Positions 29,910 through 40,281 are shown, counted from the whole stretch's first letter. The stretch is DNA of 63,258 nt, filler included, from an uncultured Methanosarcinales archaeon (GCA_964510025.1; 6 parts of 6 records of this genome joined end to end with filler, not necessarily neighbours in it); one strand, 5' to 3'. Program-made: numbers and translations. The notes: generated by a model not told the origin, from the sequence alone.

Positions 29910-29984
29910 GCCCCCATGGTGTAGTCCGGCCAATCATTTCGCCTTTTCGAGGCGAGGACGTGGGTTCAAATCCCGCTGGGGGCA
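29910..29984 (+). tRNA. tRNA-Glu(UUC)
   Basis: GCCCCCA/TGGGGGC acceptor, TCGCC-TTTTCGA-GGCGA anticodon arm, GTGGG-TTCAAAT-CCCGC T arm. Confidence 0.96.
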
Positions 29985-30005
29985 TATCATCTAGCCGGGC
30001 AATAC

Positions 30006-30908
30006 CTAAAGATGCGTCTCCATCTCTTCAAAATGATTTTCTTCCCTTGTCCACTGGATCAGCCTTTCAAGCTGTGTTCCTCCGACCAGGCATAAATCTG
30101 CTCTCCACGCCCGGAATATCTTGTTGTCTTTAACAGGGCAGCCGTCTGAGTGAGGTTCACTTTCAGCTGTAAGGTATTTCACGACAGGATTTTCCGGATC
30201 ACTGAAGTCAATCTTCAGGAACGGCCAGCAATCCAGGGCTCCGGCAGTCCTGCTAACCTTATACCCTGTTATAGATGGTTCATCTGAAATGTCCACCCTT
30301 AGCTCAAGATAGTCTGTACCTCTGTTATAAGCCTGTATCTCTATCCTCCTTGTCCTGCCAGCCTGTAATGTCGCAACCAGTCTTCCCGGGATAAGCTCGC
30401 ATACAGCCTGGACAGCCATGCTTCCGCCTATCCTTTGCACGCTGTAGTCGCTGTGCACTGTGTTGAAGAGATCTATCTGCTCCCTCATGCCGATATCATA
30501 GAAGCAGCTTGTCAGAGGCATCAGGTTTCTTCTGGTCCGGAATGCCCTGTTTCTTGCACCCACAAAATCTTTTCTTAGGTCCTTGGCCACCCTTCCATTC
30601 ACTTTCCAGACAGGATCATATCCCTCTGCATCGATCCACCTTTTTAGTGATTTTTTTCCGGATTTTTGGTACTGCCTAAGCTCAGCTTTTTTCCATTTAG
30701 GCACTGAACCAATCAGTCCATTATCATAGCACTGCCTGAAATACTTTTCAGGCTGGTCCATCGCCCTTCTCATTATTTCCAGGAGCAGCTGGGCTTCCTG
30801 CTCATCGATGTCATGCATAAGCTTCACTGCCCTGTATTCCCTGTGGCCAGGGCCGATGGCCGCCCCGGAAGGATCATACAATGTTACAGGTTTGTCATGC
30901 AGCTGCAT
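30006..30908 (-). CDS. hypothetical protein
   Basis: 300-aa ORF with an upstream TTTTATAAA box; no recognised motif. Confidence 0.7.
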   Translation of the reverse strand: MQLHDKPVTLYDPSGAAIGPGHREYRAVKLMHDIDEQEAQLLLEIMRRAMDQPEKYFRQCYDNGLIGSVPKWKKAELRQYQKSGKKSLKRWIDAEGYDPVWKVNGRVAKDLRKDFVGARNRAFRTRRNLMPLTSCFYDIGMREQIDLFNTVHSDYSVQRIGGSMAVQAVCELIPGRLVATLQAGRTRRIEIQAYNRGTDYLELRVDISDEPSITGYKVSRTAGALDCWPFLKIDFSDPENPVVKYLTAESEPHSDGCPVKDNKIFRAWRADLCLVGGTQLERLIQWTREENHFEEMETHL

Positions 30909-30939
30909 CTATGTCAGAATTTTGGGATCATTTATAAAA

Positions 30940-31149
30940 TTATTTCCACAGCTTCGGCATGATAGCCATCCAGCATATAACAAATATTGCCAGGAACCAT
31001 CCCCAATGTGTTGCCATTGCCCATCTTGCAAATCCAGGCCACACTGGTACCAGGAACAGCGCAAAGGCAAAGATGCCTGTCTTGAACAGAAAGACATCAA
31101 GGTTACCCATATGCTCAAAGCTCACACCTAAGATGAGTTCTTTAGCCAT
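30940..31149 (-). CDS. small membrane protein
   Basis: 69 aa, two hydrophobic segments. Confidence 0.55.
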   Translation of the reverse strand: MAKELILGVSFEHMGNLDVFLFKTGIFAFALFLVPVWPGFARWAMATHWGWFLAIFVICWMAIMPKLWK

Positions 31150-31170
31150 ATTGATCTATTAGAAGCCGGA

Positions 31171-32496
31171 TTATTTAAAGGGCCTGTTAAGAATAGCCCA
31201 TTGCTTTTCTGCATATCTTATACTTCCTGTAATATAAACAGCTATGGCAGTTATCGATCCCAAAATAAAAGATCCTATAGCCACTGCGTTAGCCTCCATA
31301 TCAGATAATGCATGGTTTGGAAAAATGTAACTAATTCCTGCAGAGGCTGCTACTGCACCTGCTACTCCACCCACTACTCCGGCAGTATAGCCAACTGCTG
31401 GATTATGTTCATGAGCCCATATCCTTATTTTTGAGTAGCCTAAGTGCTTTCCTGCAATCTGAGCATGAACCCTTTCCCGATCTGGATTCCAGTATATCCT
31501 GAGCAATTCATCTTCAGTTAGTTCCCTTCCTCTGTGAGCTTCTTCTGCCAGAAAACTTGTTAAATCTTGGCCGGTTAGATAGCAAAATCGCTCTCTTTTT
31601 TCCGGACCATCTAAAATAAAATATGCTCTTAGGTCACCGCCTAAATTCAACATTTCTTCTTCAAGTTGTCCGCCTCTCTCATCTACTCCAGATTCTGTAT
31701 AGGCAATTGCATCATACTCTTTACACAATCTGGCTAACCACCCATCTCTTGCTTCGTTTAAACTTGTTCCAGCTATCGTATACCTATGGTCGGCTGTAGC
31801 ATATACTTGATATATTTGAATCCATTCTTCTCTGGTCAGGGCTCTTCCCTTTTCAGCTTCCTGAAAGAGAAGGTGTGGTAAAGAAGTGTGCGTAAGTTCA
31901 CAAAACCTTTGTCTTTTCTCCGGGGAATCCATAATAAATTTGGCCCTTAGATCTCCACCTAATGTTAACAGATCATCTTCCAAATTTCTGGGTCTAGTTT
32001 CGCTGTTATATGCAATAGCATCATATCCCCGACACAATTCAGATAACCATCTCTCTCTTTGTTCGTTTAGCTGCTCCATGGCAGTTTCTTGTTCTTGGCT
32101 ATTGCACTGCGTATCTTGTTTAATTAGTGCTTTGCCTGCCTGATATTTAGCTGAATACCATTCTGAATTATCACGGATTCTTTCCAGATCGTGCCTGGCA
32201 GCAATTCTTGTCTCCATATCCGGCTCAGTCTTTCGGGGTTGAATTACTTTTCTGGGCCTATCTACTACCCATCTTTTGTCATAAACAGGCACCATTCCGC
32301 TTGGATTTTGCCTCCATGCACTCGCAAGAGCGGCATCTGACATTGAGCTTCCTTCTCCCATCGGTTCTTCTCCTACTTCAACATCCTCATAATGCCCTTT
32401 CTCAGGCAGTACAATCTCCTCTTGTATAACAGTTACTGCAGAAAGTCTTGCCTCTAGATCTCCAACTTCACGTAATGCCTCTACTAGAGCTGGCAT
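31171..32496 (-). CDS. hypothetical protein with a duplicated ~90-aa domain and two C-terminal TM helices
   Basis: Internal repeat WL..LC..YDAIAY.....LE...L.LGGDLRA.FI.D.PEKR.RFC.LT. Confidence 0.8.
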   Translation of the reverse strand: MPALVEALREVGDLEARLSAVTVIQEEIVLPEKGHYEDVEVGEEPMGEGSSMSDAALASAWRQNPSGMVPVYDKRWVVDRPRKVIQPRKTEPDMETRIAARHDLERIRDNSEWYSAKYQAGKALIKQDTQCNSQEQETAMEQLNEQRERWLSELCRGYDAIAYNSETRPRNLEDDLLTLGGDLRAKFIMDSPEKRQRFCELTHTSLPHLLFQEAEKGRALTREEWIQIYQVYATADHRYTIAGTSLNEARDGWLARLCKEYDAIAYTESGVDERGGQLEEEMLNLGGDLRAYFILDGPEKRERFCYLTGQDLTSFLAEEAHRGRELTEDELLRIYWNPDRERVHAQIAGKHLGYSKIRIWAHEHNPAVGYTAGVVGGVAGAVAASAGISYIFPNHALSDMEANAVAIGSFILGSITAIAVYITGSIRYAEKQWAILNRPFK

Positions 32497-32591
32497 AATT
32501 CAGAGTAATCAAACAGTCTATTTAAACTTTTCTAACGTAACTACTTTATTATGATGAAAATATCTATTAGAAAATGTAAATATATTTAAGC

Positions 32592-33050
32592 ATGGTTCAA
32601 TCTCTATTCTCTATGAGAGCAGAGCATAGCCGTGGTATGTTTTCCTTTGAGGTGCCTGAAGGCTGGAGAAGAGAAGATAGGCAGGTATCTGGGAAAGAAA
32701 GGATTTTTATTTATCCTCCAAAAAAATTTCTGAAAACAGATCCCTCATATATAAGCTTGGCAGCAGTGGCAGGCTCCAATCTTGAGGATGCAGATGAACG
32801 GGAGAGACTCTGGGCAATGCAGCTGCATGCTGCTGGTCATGTAGTAAGGCAAGGACTGGAAATCCTCCTTGGTGGGGAACGCAACGTAGTTAGCCTGCAG
32901 TATAGTGGGCCCAGGTTTCCAAGAGGGCACATAGGTTATCTTATCTCTGCCTATAGAGATGGAAATGAATACATCCTTGATAGCCAGATAGGCCCCAAGT
33001 ATGTGGATGCTGTAAGAAGTGTTGCCGATAGCTTTGCATTTAATAGATAG
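32592..33050 (+). CDS. hypothetical protein (possible PsbP/Mog1-like fold)
   Basis: FSFEVPEGW at the start and V..VADSF.F at the end resemble PsbP-like proteins. Confidence 0.55.
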   Translation: MVQSLFSMRAEHSRGMFSFEVPEGWRREDRQVSGKERIFIYPPKKFLKTDPSYISLAAVAGSNLEDADERERLWAMQLHAAGHVVRQGLEILLGGERNVVSLQYSGPRFPRGHIGYLISAYRDGNEYILDSQIGPKYVDAVRSVADSFAFNR

Positions 33051-33134
33051 CTTTCCCCATCCTGTCCAGTGGGCTTAGGCTTTATGCTTTGATAATTTTG
33101 CAGATATAATATTTCTTTCGATGCCACTGGTCAC

Positions 33135-33617
33135 TTGACACCTGCGCGTGAGCTATTTAAACAAGGCAGCATCTTCTCCTCCATGCTTGCAGGTATTTCA
33201 GGGATCGATAATGTCAAGCTGCTGAAATTTGCAGCAAGGCATCCGCCAAGCCTTGTGGTCGACTGCGCTAATGCAGCAGACCCGCATAAGCTTTATCCAG
33301 GTGTAACCCTGGAACAGCTCTCCAAGGTGTATGTTGTGGAGCTTGAGCTTCTTTACAAGTTCAGGGATGTCCTGTTAAGGGTTCCATCTATAATGAGGAA
33401 GATAGGCGGGGATTATGTTGTTGTCACAACCTCTAACCATCTCTTCCACTATCAAAATGAAAAGGAAAACCATGACATACTGGAGCATGCATGGCAGATC
33501 CTCAGGTTCCTCAGCAGGAGATACAAGATAATAGCAGGTGTAGCTCCTGAGCATATGGGCTATGCAAAAAGGTACTGTGATAAGCTATGGGCCACACATT
33601 ATCAAGCCAGAGGATGA
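33135..33617 (+). CDS. degenerate RadB/Rad51-like protein of the PolB2-associated type
   Basis: VVDCANAADPHKL...LSKVYVVE..LLY resembles the RadA core without an intact P-loop; precedes the small helical partner; start codon uncertain. Confidence 0.55.
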   Translation: MTPARELFKQGSIFSSMLAGISGIDNVKLLKFAARHPPSLVVDCANAADPHKLYPGVTLEQLSKVYVVELELLYKFRDVLLRVPSIMRKIGGDYVVVTTSNHLFHYQNEKENHDILEHAWQILRFLSRRYKIIAGVAPEHMGYAKRYCDKLWATHYQARG

Positions 33618-33832
33618 TCATAGATATATTGTTGTCAGAGCTGAAAGCATATTCAAAGGCATTAAGGGAGGAGGATAAGGCTGTTTTTGAAGAGATGCTC
33701 AAATACCCATTGAAGAAGGTTGGAGCTATAAGCTACGCATCAAGCATAGACGTATGGGCTTTCATACTTTTGTCTATATTATTGGAGCAGGAGAAGAAGA
33801 TGGTTGATCTTAGGGGAAAACTAGGATTATAG
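33587..33832 (+). CDS. small helical protein resembling the PolB2-associated arCOG07300 family
   Basis: MGHTLSSQR...E...Y.KALREEDKAVFEEM...ILLSILLEQEK pattern. Confidence 0.65.
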   Translation: MGHTLSSQRMIIDILLSELKAYSKALREEDKAVFEEMLKYPLKKVGAISYASSIDVWAFILLSILLEQEKKMVDLRGKLGL

Positions 33833-33907
33833 GTCTTCAACCAGGAATCCTGGCCAGTAATCCTTTTCCCATACAGCGTATGGAAAGATTTCGTCTGAAA
33901 AGTCGGC

Positions 33908-34207
33908 TTATTTTCTTTTCTGAAAGAAACTGTAAATAATATAGCTAATTATGAAAGTAAAACTACCTACAATAATTAAATTAGGAATAAGTATCATTCC
34001 TTCCCACATGTTACATGGTGTCATTGTTGGACAAGGTGGGCATGGTTCACAATCAGTATCATTAATCAAGCAAGGTTTACATAGTTCACATGTGGGAGTA
34101 GTAGAAAAACAAAAGAATTTTGCGGTAATGAATGACATAATCAGAGTTATTATTATTGCTATTAAGAATGAAACTATCAGTTTTTTTCTATTTGGTCTGA
34201 AGTTCAT
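33908..34207 (-). CDS. small two-TM protein with a Cys/Pro-rich loop
   Basis: TM-(C..C.PC....CEPCPPCP...C)-TM; AT-rich. Confidence 0.7.
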   Translation of the reverse strand: MNFRPNRKKLIVSFLIAIIITLIMSFITAKFFCFSTTPTCELCKPCLINDTDCEPCPPCPTMTPCNMWEGMILIPNLIIVGSFTFIISYIIYSFFQKRK

Positions 34208-34382
34208 AATTAAATTATAATGAAGGATTATATAAAATTTCCTATAACTTCAATTCTTAAGCCGACCTCGATTGGATATAATTCCTGTAATGCCGACCAC
34301 ACCTGAAAGGAAGAGGGCGCAGCGTGGTCGAGGAAAACGTAGTTCTCCGAAGAAGTTGAAAAAGTGCACAGTCACTGAGCTA

Positions 34383-34946
34383 TTACTGTACCATCCCATA
34401 TCTTTTATTCTTCTTAGTCATCTTTATAAAATTATTTAGTGCTTTTTTAAACATTTCTTCACTATGTTTTCTCTGGCTTACGATATATCCTAGCCGAATC
34501 CTTTTATAGTAATCAGGAAATTCTTGAAAATTCTTCCAAACCTTTTTATCTTTCTTTAAAGCTTTCAAAACATCTTTTGGAATTTTTACTGTTTCATCAA
34601 TATTATTTGGATCAAACACATGTTTCACTGCATCCAGACCGGGTTTTCTCATTCTCTTTGATTTAATAAGACGAATAATCCTTTCTCTATTCATATCAGA
34701 TAATACGCTTTTTTGCCTTCTGGGGGTAAATCTTTGGGCAAAACTTTCTTCATCTATCTTTTTAACAGTACTATCAATCCAACCATAGCAAAGAGCCTCA
34801 TCAACTGCATCATTGTAGGGAATTCTAGCTTTTCCAGAAGCTTTTTTGTAATAAACAAGCCATATCTCATTCTCTTCAGAATGGTTTTTAAGCCATTTTC
34901 TCCAATCTTTTAGATTAGTAACATAGAGTTTTTTACTTATTTTCAT
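34383..34946 (-). CDS. YdeI/OmpD-associated family protein
   Basis: WRKWL..H...EIWL, AVDEALCYGWIDS, QRFTPRR..S. Confidence 0.92.
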   Translation of the reverse strand: MKISKKLYVTNLKDWRKWLKNHSEENEIWLVYYKKASGKARIPYNDAVDEALCYGWIDSTVKKIDEESFAQRFTPRRQKSVLSDMNRERIIRLIKSKRMRKPGLDAVKHVFDPNNIDETVKIPKDVLKALKKDKKVWKNFQEFPDYYKRIRLGYIVSQRKHSEEMFKKALNNFIKMTKKNKRYGMVQ

Positions 34947-34949
34947 TTT

Positions 34950-35276
34950 AAATCAAGATAGTTATTCCGATGAACGCAAAAAATCTTTCCATCCTTGATC
35001 CATCTTTGTTTCTCATTATTAATAAAACTTCTCATTCCTTTATCTTGAATAAATCGTAGGATTTCAATCATGCTCATCCCATATTTTGTATTCCTTATTT
35101 AGATTCTTCAGCTTTTGACAAGGAAATTGTTCACATTTAGGTGAACAATAATTCCAACTCTTTTCTTTAATAAGATTACATTTTCTGAAATAATCTGAAT
35201 CAGGTTTGCCTTGGAAATTGCAGCCAGGACATTTGTTCTTATCTCTAAGATAGGCTATGCATAAATTGCAATTCAT
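34950..35276 (-). pseudogene. frameshifted DUF3795-like Cys-rich gene
   Basis: MNCNLCIAYLRDKNKCPGC...FPC.KLKNL continues in other frames as TKYGMSMIEILRFIQDKG...EKQRW...CVH; N-terminus eroded. Confidence 0.7.
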
Positions 35277-35292
35277 GCAATTAGTTTAGATA

Positions 35293-35760
35293 TCATTTCT
35301 TGGTCACAGGAATCCAAATCTCCATTATCGATTCGTCTTTATCTCCTTTCCATCTGTGATCATAGTATTCAATCCAGAATTCCTCCTTTTGCTTCATCCT
35401 TGTTTTTGGGATTTCTTGCATTATCTTCCAATAAGTTTTGCCCAATTTATCCAATTTGCCCTTATGGATGAAAACAAAGCAAGTTTCTTCAGGAACTTCA
35501 ACTTTCTCCATCCCTTTAGGAATATCATCAAATTCAGAAACCTGGGCTGCAGCAATATACCTAAATGTGCATTCTTTTTCATTTGGATTAATGGCTACAC
35601 CATAATTCTTCATCCCGCCAATATAATTCTTTATCTCCTTGTATCTTTTCATGAACTTTGTCCATACCTTTGGGCAGTCTTTTGGAGCGTTTTGGACTGA
35701 TGTGTCTATTCCAATACCGACAAATTTCATAGGTGGTTTTTTAGCTTCTTTGTATTCCAT
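35293..35760 (-). CDS. GyrI-like small-molecule binding protein
   Basis: FVGIG, VW..F, YIAA, IPKGM, FIHKG, EYYD, EIWIPV. Confidence 0.9.
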   Translation of the reverse strand: MEYKEAKKPPMKFVGIGIDTSVQNAPKDCPKVWTKFMKRYKEIKNYIGGMKNYGVAINPNEKECTFRYIAAAQVSEFDDIPKGMEKVEVPEETCFVFIHKGKLDKLGKTYWKIMQEIPKTRMKQKEEFWIEYYDHRWKGDKDESIMEIWIPVTKK

Positions 35761-35761
35761 T

Positions 35762-36250
35762 TTATACCTCTGCAAAGAAAATCATATAATTGTGGCCGTG
35801 TTTTTTCGCGCATTTGGGGCAGTAAGCATAATGTATGTAGTAATCCTTTGGTTTTTTACCTTTGCTTTCAATATATGCATCGAATTCCTTGAAGAATCTT
35901 CTTATAGCACTATATGGGCCGTTAAAAACCTTTCCCATAAATGTGCCTGTCAGGCTTACATTATCTGCTCCGTCAATTGGCTTTTTTACCTGCATTAAGA
36001 TTTCAGATTTAAATGGGTGGGGATCATGGAAAAGGACTAGCCAGTCTTGCAATGGCAGTTCTGCTTTTGCTTCTTCTACTACTTTCATCATCTTTACCAT
36101 CTTTTTTCCAATCATCGGAGGAAGCGGGGTATGGAAAAAGGTAGGTACAGACTCTCTTATGAAAGGTAGATTCTTCCAATTGTATGTTTTTAAGTCCCAT
36201 TTCTTCGGATCAAATTTTGGACAGCATTCTTTTTTATTTATATTGTTCAC
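35762..36250 (-). CDS. conserved protein with a C-terminal YAYCPKCAKK.G.NY motif
   Basis: ECCPKFDP..WD and VF.GPY motifs; abuts the GyrI-like gene. Confidence 0.75.
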   Translation of the reverse strand: MNNINKKECCPKFDPKKWDLKTYNWKNLPFIRESVPTFFHTPLPPMIGKKMVKMMKVVEEAKAELPLQDWLVLFHDPHPFKSEILMQVKKPIDGADNVSLTGTFMGKVFNGPYSAIRRFFKEFDAYIESKGKKPKDYYIHYAYCPKCAKKHGHNYMIFFAEV

Positions 36251-36440
36251 CTCTGATTTAAAATAGATACTTGGGTATATAAATATTGCGAGAGACCTCT
36301 CTTCCGATAGATTCTTTTATGTAGTAAAAGGCAAAATGTCCGAAGGACTAAGCCCCTCTTCTGTAATTGGGGAGAACTCAATTGTATTTAATTCCTGCTA
36401 AAATCTTTTCCCATACGCAGTGTGGGAAAAACGCATTCCC

Positions 36441-36517
36441 AGAATAAAATTTCCATTTCCAATAAATCCCACCGTAGGGATTGTAACTGTCCCACGGACT
36501 AAGATTTCCATTCCTAA
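36441..36517 (+). repeat. degenerate ~77-bp intergenic repeat, copy A
   Basis: Aligns with 40282-40359 (AATAAAT.C.ACCG.AGGGA.TGTAACTGTCC...GGACTA). Confidence 0.8.
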
Positions 36518-36614
36518 GATTATAACTTCAAGTTAAGTAGAAACAATAGTAAAGTATTTATATCATATTCACTTTATTGTAATCAGGTGTTTATGAATTA
36601 AAGCAAACGAATTT

Positions 36615-37358
36615 ATGAAAAAAAATGGTTTTTGGATTGGGGTAATTTGTATAATCATTCTTGGCATAGTCCTTATTTTTTCTAATTTTGGAAATGAAGA
36701 ACTAGTAGGTGGGAAAAAAGATGAGCATGGTTGTTTAGGTGCAGCAGGATATAATTATGATGGGAATATAGGAGCATGCACAAGAGATTGGGAATTGAAT
36801 GAAAATCAAGCAAAGGCTGCAAAGATTGCTGTTGAATACTTAGGTGCCATGAAAGGTGCGACAATAGACAGTGTTACTGCTGCAAGATGTCCTGGATGTT
36901 ATATCGTTGATGTAAAATTACATCTTAATTCAGGAGATAAAGAAGTGAAAGTAAATATTGAAAACTGGGAAATTGTAAAACCAGAAACCGAATTAAGCCC
37001 AGACGATTGCATCGCAAAAGGCGGAAGAACACTCAATACTGTGGGTGGAGATTCCTGCAATGATGATGAAGTAAATATCGGTCCAGTTGTTGGTTTCATA
37101 TCTCCAAACATCTGCTGCATTCCAGGTGCAAGGTTAACAGAAGAAGAAGCTGTTGAAATTGCTGAAAATAGTAAATGTGTGGATGAAGGAGAACTAACTG
37201 ACAACATAATGTATAATGAGAATACAGATACATACTGGATTGATATGGTTCTAAAAGAAGAAAAGCCAGGTTGCATGCCAGCATGTGTTGTGTATGAGGC
37301 ATATAAAAAAGCAGTAATTAACTATAGATGCACTGGGGCTTTGCCACCGGAAGAATGA
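36615..37358 (+). CDS. secreted/membrane-anchored Cys-rich protein
   Basis: N-terminal TM; VGG.KDEHGC...AGY motif; many Cys; ends YRCTGALP. Confidence 0.8.
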   Translation: MKKNGFWIGVICIIILGIVLIFSNFGNEELVGGKKDEHGCLGAAGYNYDGNIGACTRDWELNENQAKAAKIAVEYLGAMKGATIDSVTAARCPGCYIVDVKLHLNSGDKEVKVNIENWEIVKPETELSPDDCIAKGGRTLNTVGGDSCNDDEVNIGPVVGFISPNICCIPGARLTEEEAVEIAENSKCVDEGELTDNIMYNENTDTYWIDMVLKEEKPGCMPACVVYEAYKKAVINYRCTGALPPEE

Positions 37359-37440
37359 GATTAGCCTTTCTGTGAATTCAGTTCTGTCTATTAGGTGAAG
37401 CTATATATCAAAAAAAAGAATCAAAGAGCAGTTTTTTGAT

Positions 37441-38025
37441 CTAAATGAATTTGGGAAATAATCTTCCTGTTTTTTTCATATATTTCTGGTATTCATCTCC
37501 GAATTCTTCAATCATCATTTCCTCTTCTTTTCTAACTCTCAAAAAATATAAAAATCCCCAAGCCAAGATACCATATATTAAAACAATCGAATTATTGAGT
37601 ATTAAACCCTGGCTAATTATCAACAACCAAAAGTAAGTATACATGGGATGCCTTATTCTTTTATAGGGTCCTTTTTGAATTAATTTATGGTCTTCCCTGA
37701 TTTCCAAAACAGAGGACCAATTTTTTCCAAGACTTCTATGACACCATACAAAAAATATAAGATTTACCCCATATACAATTAATCCCACCCATCTGATAAC
37801 AGAAGGTAAGTTCATTGACGCAAAATCAAGTTTTGCACTAAAAACCACAAAAACAGGAAGAAACATCATGCTTACAAAATTCAAAAAAACAAGAAATCTT
37901 TCTAAGTAAACTCTCTTTTTAGTCTTTGAATTAATTTCTAATGACTTTTTCGCATAGGGCATTCTAATAATAATCCATACCATAAATAGAATAAAAAATG
38001 CCCATTTCCAATATATTTCTTCCAT
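37441..38025 (-). CDS. isoprenylcysteine carboxyl methyltransferase (ICMT/Ste14) family protein
   Basis: LGKNWS, HKLI..GPY..IRHPMY, EEEMM.EEFG.EY..Y. Confidence 0.93.
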   Translation of the reverse strand: MEEIYWKWAFFILFMVWIIIRMPYAKKSLEINSKTKKRVYLERFLVFLNFVSMMFLPVFVVFSAKLDFASMNLPSVIRWVGLIVYGVNLIFFVWCHRSLGKNWSSVLEIREDHKLIQKGPYKRIRHPMYTYFWLLIISQGLILNNSIVLIYGILAWGFLYFLRVRKEEEMMIEEFGDEYQKYMKKTGRLFPKFI

Positions 38026-38659
38026 ATTATTATTTGATTATTACATATTTATAAATATATTGAAATGAAAACTGCCATTTTCTAATTATAGAACTTCAAA
38101 TTTATCATCGCAATAAATCTTTTTATGTATTTTTTCTACTAGAAAAAATCGCGGAGAGAAACCTAGCAACAGTAATACACAAAACCAGTTCATACACAAG
38201 CTAATTGATGAAGAAATCTAGAATATTATCAGCAGTTGTTGCCCCAGTTTTACTATGAAGTTCAGTATATCCACATTTTGAACATTTATACTTTGAACTT
38301 CCCATAAAATTGTTAGATAATAACTAGTATATTAAAGTCTTGGTGTTATATGAGTCAATGGTGGCTGTTTTATCCCGCATAACTAGCATAAATTCGCTGA
38401 TCATTTCATATTACATTAGAAGAAGCACTTAAACCGCAATGACAAATGTTAGCGCAAATGCGGACACAAAAGCAAGAAATCGCACATTATTGAATTTACA
38501 CGGTGTTAAATAACTTTTGAGTTACGAAGTTCTCAAAAGTTGCGTCCGCAAAGTTCTTGTTGGCGAGCGTTAAAATATCAAAGGCGGGGCGTTTATAGTA
38601 TTAACTGTCAAGTAGCTATTCTGAAAAGATTTAAATAGTTAAGCTTGTTACTCTTTAAT

Positions 38660-40147
38660 ATGTTAGTCCAAAATATGCAGTGTATAAATGAAGTATTAGA
38701 AAGTAGACACATTGGTCCGAGTAATTGGTTTAAATTTCTTAATGATTCTGAATGGAGGCATAAATTTGACCACACATTAGAAGAACTTACTCGTGATCAA
38801 AAATTTGCACAATCTCTTCTAACATCTATTGACCTACCTCAATCTGACATAGAATTCTTAGTAAGCCAAGGCTTAATTGAAACTAAAACTGAAAGAGAAT
38901 TGCTCGATGAATTTGGGACTACTCCTGAAAAAATTGAAGAATTGTACAGGGAGTATGATGGTTTAGGTAAGACAAAAAGAAGGTTAGAAAATACTGCCTC
39001 CAGATTAAAAAGAAGGACATCCAGATGGTCAAGATTTTGGAGGAGTGAATCAACCATCTCACAAAGAGAGCAAGAGTTAAATGAAGCAGAAAAAGAACTT
39101 TCAAATCTCCCTAGTTTTGATGATTCTTTTGAACGCTGTGCTAGATTAACAAGATTTGTAAGAACTACAAATGGAATATACATTGCTCCAAAAGAAGAAG
39201 CTAATCACATTTTGTATACATTATACACGCTCTATAATGTCCTAAAAGTAGGTGAATTAAATGATACAGACTTTAGGGTTTTTTGCTCCAATAGCCAAAA
39301 TTTAGGATATGATGGAGGAATGAAAGTTTTAGGATGGTTAGATGCAGCAAAAACAATAGGGAAACCCCTAGATTACACAATAGGTCTGTTTGACGAATTA
39401 GTGGCAAGGCTAAAAGAAAGATTTGAAGGTGATTTTCATTGGACTAATGGAGAATTAAAACAGGGATTTCTTATGGGAGATATTCCTAGTGACACATTTG
39501 TTATACAAAGCAGTATTCTACTTGCTAATCGTATGAAGGAATTGTTTGGTGGTTTTGATGTAGAGCCCAGATGCAACAAACCACGCATGGCTTTACTAGA
39601 TAAGCCCAATCTTTTTGTTTCTTTTGATATAGAATCATTAATTAACGAAGGGAGAGAAGCTAATGAATTAGTTTGCACAATATATGATTTGAAAGATTCA
39701 TCGGATAGTGATAAGCTAGGATTAAAGTTCCATTATTGGCGAGACCCTGAATGCACTATTTATGGTGTAAATCCACCTAGCTATCATTGGGATTCTGTTA
39801 GAGAATCTTCTTTGGTTGCAATATTCAAACCACATTTATTTTTAGGTCTCCAAGAAAGGGTAGCAAAATATTTGAGTCAATTACAAGGTGGTGACTTACA
39901 GGAAGATTATGTTACATTAGAACCCATTAGCGTAGGAAATAGAAGATACTCTCCCACTATTAAAGTAACTAGCCACAGAAGAATAAATCCTACACTAAAT
40001 GTAGATTACCATCAAGAAGAAACAGAAGTAGATGACCAAGGGGGTGTTGCAGTAACTGGTTATACTCCTGTACAATATGATAAAGAATTTCAAGGAATAG
40101 AATTTTGTTTTTGCTTAAAATTTGAAAGACTAGAACGCTCCGCCTAA
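38660..40147 (+). CDS. hypothetical protein with an N-terminal coiled coil
   Basis: About 495-aa AT-rich ORF; no recognised motif. Confidence 0.75.
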   Translation: MLVQNMQCINEVLESRHIGPSNWFKFLNDSEWRHKFDHTLEELTRDQKFAQSLLTSIDLPQSDIEFLVSQGLIETKTERELLDEFGTTPEKIEELYREYDGLGKTKRRLENTASRLKRRTSRWSRFWRSESTISQREQELNEAEKELSNLPSFDDSFERCARLTRFVRTTNGIYIAPKEEANHILYTLYTLYNVLKVGELNDTDFRVFCSNSQNLGYDGGMKVLGWLDAAKTIGKPLDYTIGLFDELVARLKERFEGDFHWTNGELKQGFLMGDIPSDTFVIQSSILLANRMKELFGGFDVEPRCNKPRMALLDKPNLFVSFDIESLINEGREANELVCTIYDLKDSSDSDKLGLKFHYWRDPECTIYGVNPPSYHWDSVRESSLVAIFKPHLFLGLQERVAKYLSQLQGGDLQEDYVTLEPISVGNRRYSPTIKVTSHRRINPTLNVDYHQEETEVDDQGGVAVTGYTPVQYDKEFQGIEFCFCLKFERLERSA

Positions 40148-40281
40148 TCCATAAATACTTATTCTTTTTTATATTAAAAGCGAGCCAACAAAAATTGAGC
40201 ATAATCGATGTTAAGTTCGTCGGAGTGAAACGGAGACCAAGAGATAGTGCAACGGTTTTTTGCGAAGCAAAAAAATCTCGT

